Shown here: piece by piece, positions 14,549 to 23,675 of the stretch | Layout of the letters: the number at the start of each line of letters is the position of its first letter | Numbering within the stretch: position 1 is the first letter of the stretch | Assembly (NCBI RefSeq): GCF_054482525.1 | Contig: NZ_CM137006.1 | Reading direction: 5' to 3' (one strand) | DNA length: 64,000 nt | The notes under the pieces: generated by a model | What the model was told of the DNA's origin: nothing | Databases searched by the model: none | Seen by the model: only the letters and a program-made list of their open reading frames with translations | Program-made: the position numbers and the translations under genes

Positions 14549-14835
14549 GCCTTAATAACCCCCTCTTTCAGCCAGATAACCTGTGTTCTCGCCATACCTT
14601 CCAGCGCGCATTCTTTTGCATATCCAGCGTCAACAAAATGCGTGCGACGGTCGATCTCGTCGTGACAGGCAGAACATGCAATGGTGGCAATAAGGTCTGG
14701 CGGTTTAATACCGGTGCCGCACAATCCAGCCAGCCGGATATGTGCCAGTACAGACGTTTCAGAATTGCCATTACATACGCCAGGGATTCTTACCTGGCAT
14801 TCCCGACCACGCGCTGCTTTTCTCAAATCAGCCAT
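14545..14835 (-). CDS. DUF1364-family nin-region protein (ybcO-like)
   Basis: 96-aa product from [24 protein letters not shown]...; Cys/His-rich; ATG overlaps the ninE stop (ATGGCTGA). Confidence 0.75.
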   Translation of the reverse strand: MADLRKAARGRECQVRIPGVCNGNSETSVLAHIRLAGLCGTGIKPPDLIATIACSACHDEIDRRTHFVDAGYAKECALEGMARTQVIWLKEGVIKA

Positions 14836-14998
14836 GACTCCTCCTTGCTGCCAGTCGCAACCATTTTTTATCAACCAGGCTGGCGGTATATCCGAGCAGT
14901 GTTGGTATTTCGGATGGCTTCAGCTCAGGCTTACGCTTACGACGATTTGGTACTCTGTAGATGTGTCCGTTCATGACACGAATAAGCGGTGTAGCCAT
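14828..14998 (-). CDS. ninE: NinE-like protein (56 aa)
   Basis: Hand-translated [56 protein letters not shown]; basic and NinE-like; below the 60-aa track cutoff; start overlaps ybcN stop (TAATG). Confidence 0.65.
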   Translation of the reverse strand: MATPLIRVMNGHIYRVPNRRKRKPELKPSEIPTLLGYTASLVDKKWLRLAARRSHG

Positions 14999-15453
14999 TA
15001 CGCCTCCTGCTTGTCGCGCAGCAGCTGGAACTCGCAGCTCTGCGGAATAGTCAGGTTGCAGCCAATATTCATCGCCCAGGCTTCAACCTTACACAGGAAG
15101 ACATACATCTCTCCGGTATCAAGATCGGAGGTATGGCGTAACGACTGGATAGTAGTGATTTCGCCGGTTACGACATCAACCAGGTCCTTGGTTTCATAAC
15201 CGAGGTATGTGTGTTTGAGAGCATCTTTTACCCATGCTGCGGTAGCGAACGATTTCCCCCTGCTGATGAGGTATTCACTGATTTCGCTGTACCACATATG
15301 GCTGAGTGCATTCTGGGAAAGACTGCGTTTCTCTCGCCACGGTTTAAGCACCATGCGAAAGCATTTGCCTTCCTCCAGATAAGGCTGGATCTGCTGGCCG
15401 ATAGCGGTGAAGTTGCCGCGATGTAATTTGATGCCGTCTTGTGAGAGGTTCAC
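14998..15453 (-). CDS. Nin-region protein of the DLP12 YbcN type
   Basis: 151 aa, [45 protein letters not shown]..., recalled as YbcN-like. Confidence 0.8.
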   Translation of the reverse strand: MNLSQDGIKLHRGNFTAIGQQIQPYLEEGKCFRMVLKPWREKRSLSQNALSHMWYSEISEYLISRGKSFATAAWVKDALKHTYLGYETKDLVDVVTGEITTIQSLRHTSDLDTGEMYVFLCKVEAWAMNIGCNLTIPQSCEFQLLRDKQEA

Positions 15454-15667
15454 GCTTCACCTCCGCAGAGCTCAAACGCTAGATGCAAAGAATTGCAGGT
15501 GCATTTCTGCATCTGTGAAGGGAGAAGAGAGTTTGGATTGTATGTGCGCATAAACGTCCCCGTTTAGCGCAGAAGTCACCGGAGTTGTTCAGGCTCCGGT
15601 GACATAATTATGCCGTGTTGATTTCCCAAAATCAAAATCGATAGAATTGCTCCTTCTTAAAACACTT

Positions 15668-16465
15668 TTACTCTCTGGAAGCTTTTCTTATCTCTCTTGG
15701 TGTTATATTAAAACGATTATGAAATCTTTCAGTAAAACGAGAAGGACACTTATAACCATTTTCTCTGGCAATCTCGCTTATAGGTTTTACCGTCGTTTGT
15801 ATAGCAGACAACGCATTATTTAACCTCACATCGTCCAGTATACTTTGGAAACTTACCCCCTCGCTTGCTAGACGGCGATGTAATGTAGAAACAGAAATGT
15901 AGAGATATCGTGCAACCTTGTTTGCTGTCCATTTTGTGCCGGGTTCGGATAGCAGCAGGCTATAACAACGACTTATCAATGATTGTTTACTATATGATAA
16001 AAGTAAATGATTAACATGATTCACTCCTAACGAAAGTAGAACGCCCATTGCTAAGTGTTCCTGAATTTTAGTTGAGAAGCCTCGGGAAACAGATGTTTTT
16101 AGTTGCTCCCAACAATATATTAACTCAGGATTCTGAGGTAAAAAGAAACTTGTTTTGTTACGTATTTGATCAGTTACCGTATAAAGTTTTTGGAAACTCT
16201 CAATTAAATCAATGGGTAAGTAAAGCATTTCTGCAAGATAAAGCCCTGCTTCAGGATAATTCTCAATATAAAATTCATAACCACAAGGAAATAATATTAT
16301 TTGATTATTATCAACAGTTAAAGTATGCGTCTCCCAATTGATAACTTTCTTTCCCTGACGGATACGACACAAAGCTGGCATAAGAGGCTTAACCCTATGA
16401 ATCTCATGATGTTTATGCATTCGTATTTCTTCGATCTTTAAGTTAGTCTTACCTCTTGCCAGCAT
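15668..16465 (-). CDS. AraC/XylS-family transcriptional regulator (ybcM-like), prophage cargo
   Basis: 265 aa with C-terminal AraC-type HTH (...[39 protein letters not shown]...); AT-rich gene. Confidence 0.85.
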   Translation of the reverse strand: MLARGKTNLKIEEIRMHKHHEIHRVKPLMPALCRIRQGKKVINWETHTLTVDNNQIILFPCGYEFYIENYPEAGLYLAEMLYLPIDLIESFQKLYTVTDQIRNKTSFFLPQNPELIYCWEQLKTSVSRGFSTKIQEHLAMGVLLSLGVNHVNHLLLSYSKQSLISRCYSLLLSEPGTKWTANKVARYLYISVSTLHRRLASEGVSFQSILDDVRLNNALSAIQTTVKPISEIARENGYKCPSRFTERFHNRFNITPREIRKASRE

Positions 16466-16474
16466 ACTCTCACC

Positions 16475-17026
16475 CTACTTTATCTCATAAACTGGTGTTA
16501 TCTCAGCGGTTGCGATTTTATTAGCATTAAGCATATAACCAACTAACGCTCCGCTGGAGTTAGAATCTACAGGAATCTTTTCAGTTTTTAGAGCCCATAC
16601 TTTAAACTGGTAATGATGTGGTTTATCTCCTTTAGGAGGACATGCGCCACCAAACCCAGCATAGCCAAAATCATTTCGGCCTTGAACAGCACCAGTCGGC
16701 AGTTTTGTTCCATCACGTCTCCCTGCATCAACGGGCAAATATGTTACTGTTGCTGGAATATTAACAACAGTCCAATGCCACCAACCACTGCCTGTAGGTG
16801 CATCTGGATCATATACAGTTACGGCAAAGCTTTTGGTACCTTCAGGAACACCAGACCAGGTTAATGAGGGCGATGTATTACCACCTTCACACCCAAATCC
16901 AGAAAAGACATGAGACGTTGTAAGTTGCTCTCCTGTTTTTATTTCATTACTAGTGACCTGAAATGCTGCAGCCTGCGCAGAAAATGTTATGAATGCCAAT
17001 ACAGTTGAAACGATAAGTGTTTTCAT
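16475..17026 (-). CDS. Periplasmic PEBP/YbhB-family protein (ybcL-like) with signal peptide
   Basis: 183 aa, N-terminal signal peptide MKTLIVSTVLAFITFSAQAAAFQ; PEBP-like motifs (DPDAPTGSGWWHW, GYAGFGGACPPKGDKPHHYQF). Confidence 0.85.
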   Translation of the reverse strand: MKTLIVSTVLAFITFSAQAAAFQVTSNEIKTGEQLTTSHVFSGFGCEGGNTSPSLTWSGVPEGTKSFAVTVYDPDAPTGSGWWHWTVVNIPATVTYLPVDAGRRDGTKLPTGAVQGRNDFGYAGFGGACPPKGDKPHHYQFKVWALKTEKIPVDSNSSGALVGYMLNANKIATAEITPVYEIK

Positions 17027-17243
17027 AAAAACCTCTTTGTTATGACCTATCGTTATTTTATTTGATATTCCTTTATCTCATTATGCATAAAGGCGCAATG
17101 TTCATGCAAAAGCAATCACAATTGTACCCCCAACCCAATTATTTGCCACAATATACACAAAGCACATTGATACTATCTAAAAACTCTGCTTTATTATTAG
17201 TAATACCTACGAAAGTTGGTGTTATTTTTTAACCTACCATTCA

Positions 17244-17293
17244 AAATACGTGACATACACCATTTTGCTCATAATAATTTGTCACGTATTTTC
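17244..17293. repeat. Perfect 13-bp inverted repeat AAAATACGTGACA / TGTCACGTATTTT with 24-bp spacer
   Basis: Read directly from sequence in the AT-rich spacer between the recombinase 3' end and the PEBP gene start. Confidence 0.6.
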
Positions 17294-17490
17294 AGTATTT
17301 GAATCTGCGACCAAGAGTTCTCACCTAACAAATGATTAAGATTGTATAGCTCATTTACTACCCCAATACAGCCGTACAAAACTCGCTTGTGGGAGCAAAC
17401 AAAGTAATTACCCATTAAGTTTCGTTAAAGATAATTAATTCTGTCTTGCACTTTATCATCATAGCATAACTTAAAATCCGAGATCATTAT

Positions 17491-19017
17491 TTAGAAATAA
17501 ATCTCACCATCAACCATATATTTGAGAGCACTTATCGCCTGCTGGGCGGATATTACTTTCATTAAAGGATAGTGTTTAAAAACAATGCCATTCATAAAAT
17601 AGATATCACAGGTTTTATTATCCGTATTAATTATGATTTTTTCGAATGTTTTATAGGCAAGTGTACGGCATAACTCTCGTCCATTTTTACTGGTTAAGTC
17701 AATAGCATAAAAATCACTGAATGAATTTACACCTTTACTCTTCAAAGTTTTCAATGATACCGAAGCCCTTCGTAATTCCTTATCTAATAGTCTTATTTTC
17801 TCTGCTATAGCGGTAACTTCAGGCGCGACAGACAATGCAACGATTAAATTATTAATTTTCATCTGAAGCTCAATAATTTTTAACTCTAAAGTTTCATTAG
17901 CATCTTTCTTGTTTTCAACTGGTTGAATTTTGCTACAATTAAAAAGCAATTCATTAATGATATTATAATCAACCAAATCTCTTTTTATTGATGGCCTGTC
18001 ACATCGATGTAATCTTCTCATCGGACAAACATAATAGCCATGCAAACTTCCAGATACCGCATGAACAATCATGGTATTACCACAAGCCTCACACTTCATA
18101 ACTGTTCGAAGTAGATTTATTAGCATAGGATTCTTGCTACTATTGCTAATACCAAAAGGTGCCAACCGAATTTCCTGTACAGCGTAAAACAAATCATCTG
18201 ATATGACTCTGGGATAATAGCCAGCGATTTCACTTATCCCTTTCCCTCTTGCACGATATGAAGGTACGCATATACCTATCAGAGCTTTATTCGCTAATAA
18301 TTTTTCAATTACAGAAGGTCCCCATGCACTTTCTTTTCCTGAGAAATTCTTTACAGCATGATCATTTAAATACTTGGCTATTGCATTCAATGAGCGCCTT
18401 TCCATCCTGAGTTTAAAAATTAGCTCAATAGTTTTCACCCTGTCGGGGTCTGGAACAAAAGCCGTTCTTTTGTCATCTAAGGAGAGCCATCTCGGACAAG
18501 ACGCCGTCATAATCGTACCTGATTCCAGTGCATCCTGCCGTTTTTTCTTCCATGATAATTTAACCCGACTTGACTTTATCTCGCTTTCTTCATTTGCCCT
18601 TTGTGCTATAAGTATGGCTTTTATTAATGAATATGGCTCATTCAAAGAGTCAATATTATAGACTGTATTGTCGCAAAGAGTTATAACATCAATACCGTGA
18701 TTCAAAATCAATTTCAGACGTTCAATCGCTTCACCGACTTTTTCTCTTGAAAGTCTGTCCAGACTTTCAACTAACAATGTAGTTCCTGGCAATATATAAC
18801 CATGCTCTATAGCATCTAAAAATTCCGAAAAAGCTCCTGATTGTGCATGCTTTCCTTTGAATGCACTTAATCCTAAATCTTCATATGTTATGGTATCAAG
18901 ATAATAATCACTATTTACCTTTAACCATTCAGCAATAAGTCTTCTCTGTCGGTTTAATGAGTCGCCAGACATCTGACCTGGTGATGAAAATCGCATATAT
19001 GCTATGGCTTTTTTCAT
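17491..19017 (-). CDS. Large serine recombinase (ybcK-like), 508 aa
   Basis: N-terminal resolvase/invertase catalytic motif (AIAYMRFSSPGQ...SLNRQ), central recombinase domain, C-terminal Cys-rich zinc-ribbon (CEACGNTM...CPMRRLHRC). Confidence 0.85.
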   Translation of the reverse strand: MKKAIAYMRFSSPGQMSGDSLNRQRRLIAEWLKVNSDYYLDTITYEDLGLSAFKGKHAQSGAFSEFLDAIEHGYILPGTTLLVESLDRLSREKVGEAIERLKLILNHGIDVITLCDNTVYNIDSLNEPYSLIKAILIAQRANEESEIKSSRVKLSWKKKRQDALESGTIMTASCPRWLSLDDKRTAFVPDPDRVKTIELIFKLRMERRSLNAIAKYLNDHAVKNFSGKESAWGPSVIEKLLANKALIGICVPSYRARGKGISEIAGYYPRVISDDLFYAVQEIRLAPFGISNSSKNPMLINLLRTVMKCEACGNTMIVHAVSGSLHGYYVCPMRRLHRCDRPSIKRDLVDYNIINELLFNCSKIQPVENKKDANETLELKIIELQMKINNLIVALSVAPEVTAIAEKIRLLDKELRRASVSLKTLKSKGVNSFSDFYAIDLTSKNGRELCRTLAYKTFEKIIINTDNKTCDIYFMNGIVFKHYPLMKVISAQQAISALKYMVDGEIYF

Positions 19018-19271
19018 GGTGACACCTGCTAACGTATGCTTTTATAAACCTTAGTGGTGGGATATAATTTTTGTTTAATTTTTATTTAAAAAGACAATTA
19101 AGGTCACATTATCTTGAATATACAACAATAATCGTATTGCAATTTTCTTACGCCATAATCTTGAAGGCACAAAAGAATACATAAAAAATAAAGACATTAA
19201 CAAAAAGCATAAAACGAGGCTCATATAAATATAAGAGCCTCCATATTTTAGTCGTTTAGAAACAAATTATT

Positions 19272-19604
19272 TTAATGTGGTGTACTTCGTGACAATAAAT
19301 TAATAACCAACACACCGGCACAAATCAACATCATGCCTATAATGGCTGGCAGGTCCAGCCGTTGGCCGAAAAATCCCCATGACAGTAAGCTAATCAGGAC
19401 AATACCGACTCCTGACCAGATAGCATAAGCAATCCCTGTAGGAATATAAGCCAGCGTCTGAGCTAATAACCAGAATGATGCACAATAACAAATAATTGTA
19501 CCAACAGATGGCCATAACCGTGTAAAACCTTCTGAAAACTTCATTAAGGTTGTACCAATGACCTCTGCAAGTATTGCACCACCAAGATAAATATAAGGGT
19601 TCAT
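19272..19604 (-). CDS. emrE: Small multidrug-resistance efflux protein EmrE
   Basis: 110-aa product from MNPYIYLGGAILAEVIGTTLMKFSEGFTRLWPSVGTII..., reads as EmrE; track ORF trimmed to Met19. Confidence 0.88.
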   Translation of the reverse strand: MNPYIYLGGAILAEVIGTTLMKFSEGFTRLWPSVGTIICYCASFWLLAQTLAYIPTGIAYAIWSGVGIVLISLLSWGFFGQRLDLPAIIGMMLICAGVLVINLLSRSTPH

Positions 19605-19671
19605 AGCATATTCTTTCCTGTTCAAACTGGAGAGAATTGTACTACAGTTTGAACTCAACTCACCTGTTTCA

Positions 19672-19974
19672 TCATTGTGTACCCATTGATGTTCTTTTAT
19701 ATACCCTCAATACCCGTTTCATCGCGGCACTCTGGCGACACTCCTTAAAAATCAGATTCGTGCTCACCTTTCCTTCCCGTTCTTCTCTGGTAGCGAACCG
19801 GTAATACACCGTTCGCCAGACCTTACCATCAACGACCAGGATTCCTGCCCGCGCCATTTTAGCCGCAGCCTGATTTATGCTGGTTACGGTTGCGCCTGTT
19901 ACCGCGGCAACGTCCTGTGCACAGAAGCTCTTATGCGTCCCCAGGTAATGAATAATTGCCTCTTTGCCCGTCAT
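19672..19974 (-). CDS. ren: Ren (Rex-exclusion escape) protein
   Basis: MTGKEAIIHYLGTH.SFCA.DVAA.TGATVTSINQAAAKMARAG... reads as lambda Ren. Confidence 0.85.
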   Translation of the reverse strand: MTGKEAIIHYLGTHKSFCAQDVAAVTGATVTSINQAAAKMARAGILVVDGKVWRTVYYRFATREEREGKVSTNLIFKECRQSAAMKRVLRVYKRTSMGTQ

Positions 19975-20672
19975 ACGCTTGCTCCTTTCAGTCCGAACTT
20001 AGCTTTGATTTCTGCGATCTTCGCCAGAGCCTGTGCACGATTTAGAGGTCTACCGCCCATGACAGGAAGTTGTTTTACTGGTTCAGGGATCGCCTCACCA
20101 CGGTTAATTCTCGCAGTCATATGGACAAGCTCATCTGCGGCCTTACGGCGTAATTCCGCATCAGTAAGCGCATTGGCCCGCATGTTCTGATACAGGTTGG
20201 TAACCAGCCAGTAGTGCGCGTTTGATTTCCACGGATAAGACTCCGCATCCGGATACAGGCCTCGCTTCCGGCAATACTCGTAAACCATATCAACCAGCTC
20301 GCTGACGTTTGGCAGTCCGGCGATAACGGATGCTTCTTCCCGGCACCATGCAACAAACTGCCCGGGTGATGGCAGAAATGGTCGATTCTGCCGACGGGCT
20401 ACGCGCATTCCTGCGTTAACCTGTTCCATTGTGGTGATCCCGTTTTCCCGGAAAGCCAGAACCCACTGGCGGCGGATTTCGTTCAGTTCGTTCTGGTCAC
20501 GGTTAGCCAGACTCGCCGGGAAAGTTGCCAGTAACTGGCTGAACACACCGTTGATGATCTGCGCTACCTGCTGTACCTGCGGCTTTTCGTCGTACTGTTC
20601 CGGCATGTTGTTGGCGATCCGGCGCATCTGCTCACGGTCAAAGTTAACCATCTGTGCGGCGATGTTTTTCAT
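19971..20672 (-). CDS. P: Replication protein P (DnaB helicase loader)
   Basis: 233 aa, MKNIAAQMVNFDREQMRRIANNMPEQYDEKPQVQQVAQIINGV..., reads as lambda P. Confidence 0.93.
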   Translation of the reverse strand: MKNIAAQMVNFDREQMRRIANNMPEQYDEKPQVQQVAQIINGVFSQLLATFPASLANRDQNELNEIRRQWVLAFRENGITTMEQVNAGMRVARRQNRPFLPSPGQFVAWCREEASVIAGLPNVSELVDMVYEYCRKRGLYPDAESYPWKSNAHYWLVTNLYQNMRANALTDAELRRKAADELVHMTARINRGEAIPEPVKQLPVMGGRPLNRAQALAKIAEIKAKFGLKGASV

Positions 20673-21598
20673 AGCTCCACCCCGTAAATCCAGTCAGTGT
20701 TCGTCAGGTCGAATTTTGGTTTGCCGGCTGTCACGCCAGCCTGTTGCTTGTTACGGTTGATTTCGAGTTGGGTCCACTTGTCGCGGAGTTTGGCCGGACT
20801 TAGCACGTTACCGGACCAGAAGTTGTCCTGGCATGCCCAGCGGAACAGCACGCACATGTCGCGGTGGTTACGTCCGTCACGTTCACGCATCAGGCGGATA
20901 TCGTTAGCCCACCCTGCAAAATTCGGTTTTCTGGCTGATGGCGCGATGGTCTTCACCATGTCAAACATCCACTCTGCGGCGGTCAGGTCTTCTGCTGTCC
21001 CCCACTTTCTGCCGCTCTGAATTGCAGCATCTGGTTTCACCACAGGAAGATCCTTTTCTGGTTGGTCAGAGGATTCTCCAGAATTCTCGGACGAAAAAGG
21101 TTTTATATTGTCTTTTGTTAGTTTGTCTTTTGTGTTTACCTGATTCGGGTAAACGCCTTTACCTGATTTGGGTAAACTTTTCTTACCTGATTCAGGTAAA
21201 TTTACCTCTTTCAGGTAAACTTTATTTTTCTTACCTGATTCGGGTAATGTTGACCATTCACTGACCACATTATTAATACCGATATTCCGCCCGCTCTGAA
21301 TCAAAATCCCACGCTTTACCAGAACACTTTTTGCAGCAGAACACTTGTGCGGCAATATCCCGGTCAATTCGGACAGTTGCTCGTTGCTCACCCAATCCAG
21401 TTTTTTATTAAAGCCATATGTTTTGCGCATGACAGCCAGGAAGACCAGAAGCTGGTGCTGTGTTAATCCGGCCAGCATCACAGCTTCCAGCAACTCATTT
21501 GCAATGCGCGTATAACCATCATCGAGATCTGCCACGCGCGGCTCCTTTTGTGCCGCATCCGGCACAGGAAAATTGAATATCTCAGCAGTGTTTGCCAT
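20669..21598 (-). CDS. O: Replication initiator O (lambda O-like variant)
   Basis: N-terminal domain O-like (...VADLDDGY.R......LEA...); contains the iteron array; start trimmed to first ATG (Met31); the upstream TTG/GTG alternative is not excluded. Confidence 0.8.
   Translation of the reverse strand: MANTAEIFNFPVPDAAQKEPRVADLDDGYTRIANELLEAVMLAGLTQHQLLVFLAVMRKTYGFNKKLDWVSNEQLSELTGILPHKCSAAKSVLVKRGILIQSGRNIGINNVVSEWSTLPESGKKNKVYLKEVNLPESGKKSLPKSGKGVYPNQVNTKDKLTKDNIKPFSSENSGESSDQPEKDLPVVKPDAAIQSGRKWGTAEDLTAAEWMFDMVKTIAPSARKPNFAGWANDIRLMRERDGRNHRDMCVLFRWACQDNFWSGNVLSPAKLRDKWTQLEINRNKQQAGVTAGKPKFDLTNTDWIYGVEL
21136..21248. repeat. Origin of replication iterons: five copies of TTACCTGATTCGGGTAAA-like 18-mers inside the O gene, with adjacent AT-rich stretch
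   Basis: Copies at about 21136, 21159, 21183, 21202 and 21231, each an internal inverted repeat (TTACC...GGTAA); AT-rich run at 21090-21135. Confidence 0.75.
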
Positions 21599-21684
21599 AA
21601 TTCCTCCCGCAATGAGTGTGTTACGATTTGCACCTGAAAGTCGGTTCTGTTCCCGCAGACCGACTTTCGCCATTTTTGAACCTG

Positions 21685-22224
21685 TCATATTGCCCCCAGC
21701 ATGGTGGTTACCATCGCCATCAATGGACCAGCCAGATCCGGGTCCACTCGAAACATCGACACAATGCCTTCACTCATCTCCTTCAGTTTCTGGTGGCGTG
21801 GTGCGTTGAGAATGACCGCCTGCTTTGCCTCACAGAGTTCCTTTTCCATTTCAGCCAGCCGAGCCATGAAGCTATCCTGCTCAACCAGGTGGCCGCGATA
21901 TTCCAGCGGTAGTACCGCCAGAATTGCCGGGGTCAGTTCACGCACGTTATTTCGGTATTTTTCAGAATCGAATTTGTTATCGAGGAAGCGGAACAGCTTC
22001 TGGCGTGCACGGCTGACATCATCAGGGAAATCGATAGTGCCGCCGCCCTGCTCCCGATACTCATTCACAATGAGTGTGGCAACGACATCCTGATTATCTT
22101 CAGCCGACCAGGCGCGGACGGCATCACGGATTTTTTCGTGGCCTGGCACCTGTTTTGTTTGAGAACGATTTATCACCGCAGTCGGGCTAAATCCGCTAGT
22201 CTGTTGGTATGTAAGTGGTTGCAT
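21685..22224 (-). CDS. YdaT-family protein in the cII position
   Basis: 179 aa; segment ...EYREQGGG...TPAILAVLPLEYRGHL... resembles Rac YdaT; position immediately after the cro-like gene. Confidence 0.55.
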   Translation of the reverse strand: MQPLTYQQTSGFSPTAVINRSQTKQVPGHEKIRDAVRAWSAEDNQDVVATLIVNEYREQGGGTIDFPDDVSRARQKLFRFLDNKFDSEKYRNNVRELTPAILAVLPLEYRGHLVEQDSFMARLAEMEKELCEAKQAVILNAPRHQKLKEMSEGIVSMFRVDPDLAGPLMAMVTTMLGAI

Positions 22225-22293
22225 AATTGACTCCTTTAGTTTGAATTGACTGTTAAGTTGATTGCTTATTGTTAAAGAGCGTGAAATGGAAAT

Positions 22294-22524
22294 TTAAGCT
22301 GCGTTCTTTTCGGTGTGTGGAAACAACTTCGGAAGATCCGGGCGAATCTGGTATGCCTTCACTACTCCACCAGTAGCCGTAACAATGCTGCCGACATGTT
22401 CAGGGGATACCTTTGCTTTGTTGTGAAGCCACTTATAGACGGCCTGCTGTGAAACTTCGCAGGCAGCGCCCAGTTTCTTTTGTGAACCAACGATATTGAT
22501 CGCTGTTTTGATAGCTGGATTCAT
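22294..22524 (-). CDS. Cro-like HTH regulator (YdaS type)
   Basis: 76 aa, HTH ...KKLGAACEVSQQAVYKWLHNK...; divergent from the cI-like gene. Confidence 0.7.
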   Translation of the reverse strand: MNPAIKTAINIVGSQKKLGAACEVSQQAVYKWLHNKAKVSPEHVGSIVTATGGVVKAYQIRPDLPKLFPHTEKNAA

Positions 22525-22539
22525 AACAACCTCCGTGGT

Positions 22540-22620
22540 TAATTTGAATCAAGATTAAAACTATGGTTGTTTTTAGTCAACAACCATTTTCGTTTGATGG
22601 AATAAAACCTTGGTTGTACA
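22540..22620. promoter_or_regulatory. Right operator/promoter region (OR-like) between divergent cro-like and cI-like genes
   Basis: Palindrome ATGGTTGTT-N7-AACAACCAT at 22563-22587 and related AACTATGGTT / CCTTGGTTGT half-sites; the same motif family recurs at 24335-24390. Confidence 0.5.
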
Positions 22621-22628
22621 TTTGGACT

Positions 22629-23318
22629 ATGAAAACAACACTCTCAGAAAGACTTAAAGAAGCCAGATTAGCGCGAGGCCTTACACAAAAGGCGCTTGGG
22701 GATTTGGTCGGGGTTAGCCAAGCTGCTATTCAGAAAATCGAAACAGGGAAAGCTAACCAAACAACTAAAATCGTGGAGATCGCGAACGCTTTGGGTGTGC
22801 GCGCAGAATGGTTATCTTCTGGCGTTGGAAATATGTCAGACAGTACAGTGCAACCAATACAATCAACTGTCAGCCATTCCAAATACTTTAAGATTGACGT
22901 TCTTGATATAGAAGTGAGTGCCGGGCCGGGAGTCATCAACCGTGAATTTGTAGAAGTTCTACGCTCGGTTGAGTACTCGTTTGACGATGCTCGTCACATG
23001 TTCGATGGCAGGAAGGCGGAAAATATCCGCATCATTAACGTGCGTGGTGACAGCATGTCAGGAACGATCGAACCAGGTGATCTGCTGTTCGTTGATATCA
23101 CGGTTAAATCTTTCGACGGTGATGGTATCTATGCGTTTCTGTACGACGACACAGCCCATGTAAAGCGCCTGCAAATGATGAAAGATAAGCTACTGGTTAT
23201 CTCTGATAACAAGAGCTACTCACCGTGGGACCCGATCGAGAAAGACGAGATGAACCGGGTGTTCATTTTCGGGAAGGTTATTGGCAGTATGCCGCAGACG
23301 TATAGGAAACACGGATAA
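22629..23318 (+). CDS. Prophage repressor, LexA/S24 peptidase type with N-terminal HTH
   Basis: MKTTLSERLKEARLARGLTQKALGDLVGVSQAAIQKIETG... (HTH); C-terminal ...NVRGDSMSGTIEPGDLLFVD...HVKRL... (S24 Ser/Lys motifs); trimmed to first ATG. Confidence 0.8.
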   Translation: MKTTLSERLKEARLARGLTQKALGDLVGVSQAAIQKIETGKANQTTKIVEIANALGVRAEWLSSGVGNMSDSTVQPIQSTVSHSKYFKIDVLDIEVSAGPGVINREFVEVLRSVEYSFDDARHMFDGRKAENIRIINVRGDSMSGTIEPGDLLFVDITVKSFDGDGIYAFLYDDTAHVKRLQMMKDKLLVISDNKSYSPWDPIEKDEMNRVFIFGKVIGSMPQTYRKHG

Positions 23319-23397
23319 TCAGCTGCGTGCTGATGAGGCTTTTGGGTAATGCGCTGAAAGAATTCTTTATAAAAATAACATTACGGGAAAGGCAAAA

Positions 23398-23667
23398 ATG
23401 AGTGATAAAAAACTTATAAAAAAATCAAATAACTGTGTAGATGCATATGCTGATGCATTTGGATATTCATCTTTTGGGGAAGATGACGATCGCTTAGGCT
23501 CCATATCTTTCTTTCAGCATGTTACAGAATGGGGCGCTGATGGTAGTAATGACACTGAAAACGTAAAGTACAACATTGCAACAATTCGCATGACGGAAGA
23601 TTTAATGCTTAAACTCGCTGACTTTATTCGCGATCAGCATGATAGAGCTAAAACCAATAAGTCATAA
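23398..23667 (+). CDS. Hypothetical acidic protein (89 aa), first gene of the repressor-downstream moron
   Basis: ATG start with upstream AAAGG; no family recognised; C-terminal KYNIATIRMTEDLMLKLADFIR is reminiscent of a ribbon-helix-helix strand-helix. Confidence 0.5.
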   Translation: MSDKKLIKKSNNCVDAYADAFGYSSFGEDDDRLGSISFFQHVTEWGADGSNDTENVKYNIATIRMTEDLMLKLADFIRDQHDRAKTNKS

Positions 23668-23675
23668 TATTAACA

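Noticed and set aside
15577-15603. Perfect 9-bp-stem hairpin TCACCGGAG-N9-CTCCGGTGA downstream of the AraC regulator gene
   Set aside because: No T-tract on either strand, so not a convincing intrinsic terminator. It could be part of a small unannotated gene (ylcH-like) or an RNA processing site; insufficient evidence to call.
17491-19017. Large serine recombinase considered as the prophage integrase
   Set aside because: A lambda-family tyrosine integrase with its xis lies directly at the icd junction (28093-29461). The serine recombinase is internal to the prophage within an AT-rich cargo island.
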